This document shows, piece after piece, positions 62,832-64,000 of a stretch of DNA of 64,000 bases; position 1 is the first letter of the stretch; each line of letters starts with the position of its first letter. The position numbers were made by a program, and so were the translations under genes. The notes under the pieces are model-generated. The model saw only the letters and a list, made by a program, of their open reading frames with translations. It made no database searches and had not been told where the DNA came from. Source of the DNA: Eledone cirrhosa (taxonomy: Eukaryota); the NCBI GenBank assembly GCA_964016885.1, contig OZ024740.1:304730001-304794000 (forward strand), written 5' to 3'.

Positions 62832-62960
62832 GTGTCCGTGAGATGTATAATTGTATTTCAGGGAATTATGAAGAATTTGCAGGTTACTTCATCCGGGGAG
62901 GATTAATAATAGCTTCACTAACATTGGAAGACAATTTGTGTGTGGTGTGGTATGTATGTG
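62832..62960 (+). repeat. Second full copy of the satellite-associated module
   Basis: Aligns with 5253-5395; lies immediately before the 3' satellite array. Confidence 0.85.
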
Positions 62961-62985
62961 TGTCTATATATATATATATATATTA

Positions 62986-64000
62986 GCACATGCGCAGTAC
63001 TGACTGGCCTTCGCACATGCACAGTACTGACTGGCCTTCGCACATGCACAGTACTGACCGGCCTTCGCACATGCACAGTACTGACTGGCCTTCGCACATG
63101 CACAGTACTGACCGGCCTTCGCACATGCACAGTACTGACTGGCCTTCGCACATGCACAGTACTGACTGGCCTTCGCACATGCACAGTACTGACTGGCCTT
63201 CGCACATGCACAGTACTGACTGGCCTTCGCACATGCACAGTACTGACTGGCCTTCGCACATGCACAGTACTGACCGGCCTTCGCACATGCACAGTACTGA
63301 CTGGCCTTCGCACATGCACAGTACTGACCGGCCTTCGCACATGCACAGTACTGACTGGCCTTCGCACATGCACAGTACTGACTGGCCTTCGCACATGCAC
63401 AGTACTGACTGGCCTTCGCACATGCACAGTACTGACTGGCCTTCGCACATGCACAGTACTGACTGGCCTTCGCACATGCACAGTACTGACCGGCCTTCGC
63501 ACATGCACAGTACTGACTGGCCTTCGCACATGCACAGTACTGACCGGCCTTCGCACATGCACAGTACTGACTGGCCTTCGCACATGCACAGTACTGACCG
63601 GCCTTCGCACATGCACAGTACTGACTGGCCTTCGCACATGCACAGTACTGACCGGCCTTCGCACATGCACAGTACTGACCGGCCTTCGCACATGCACAGT
63701 ACTGACCGGCCTTCGCACATGCACAGTACTGACCGGCCTTCGCACATGCACAGTACTGACCGGCCTTCGCACATGCACAGTACTGACCGGCCTTCGCACA
63801 TGCACAGTACTGACCGGCCTTCGCACATGCACAGTACTGACCGGCCTTCGCACATGCACAGTACTGACTGGCCTTCGCACATGCACAGTACTGACCGGCC
63901 TTCGCACATGCACAGTACTGACCGGCCTTCGCACATGCACAGTACTGACTGGCCTTCGCACATGCACAGTACTGACCGGCCTTCGCACATGCACAGTACT
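62986..64000. repeat. Homogeneous 27-bp satellite (GCACATGCACAGTACTGAC[T/C]GGCCTTC)n, ~37 units, running off the window end
   Basis: Near-perfect tandem units differing almost only at one T/C site; clearly related to the 1-5198 array. Confidence 0.97.

Noticed and set aside
62918-63994. 358-aa and 335-aa repeat ORFs; superficial CRISPR-like periodicity
   Set aside because: Pure tandem 27-mers with no unique spacers, no cas genes and a eukaryotic context.

Overview
AT-rich animal genomic DNA with TA/CA/CAT microsatellites, tRNA-derived SINEs and RTE LINEs typical of a coleoid cephalopod (Octopus-like; inferred from repeat content). The only host gene found is a spliced + strand gene (14 exons, 8958-46339, 562 codons plus stop with consistent splice phases) encoding a bifunctional pseudouridine-5'-phosphate glycosidase (PsuG/IndA-like) fused to a PfkB-family pseudouridine kinase. 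Its N-terminal exons are not in the window. One intron (20045-20907) has U12-type donor and branch-point signals but appears to end in TG instead of AG. Both window ends are arrays of a 27-bp satellite built around the NRF1/Ewg-type palindrome GCGCATGCGC; the 3' array is a homogenised, CpG-decayed variant. The rest is decayed mobile DNA: RTE, CR1, Vingi-like and CRE-like LINE pieces, a Penelope-like element with a ~575-bp inverted repeat, a degenerate Rep/Helicase Helitron, a non-autonomous Helitron, MITEs and SINEs. Almost all ORFs in the supplied track are repeat artefacts.
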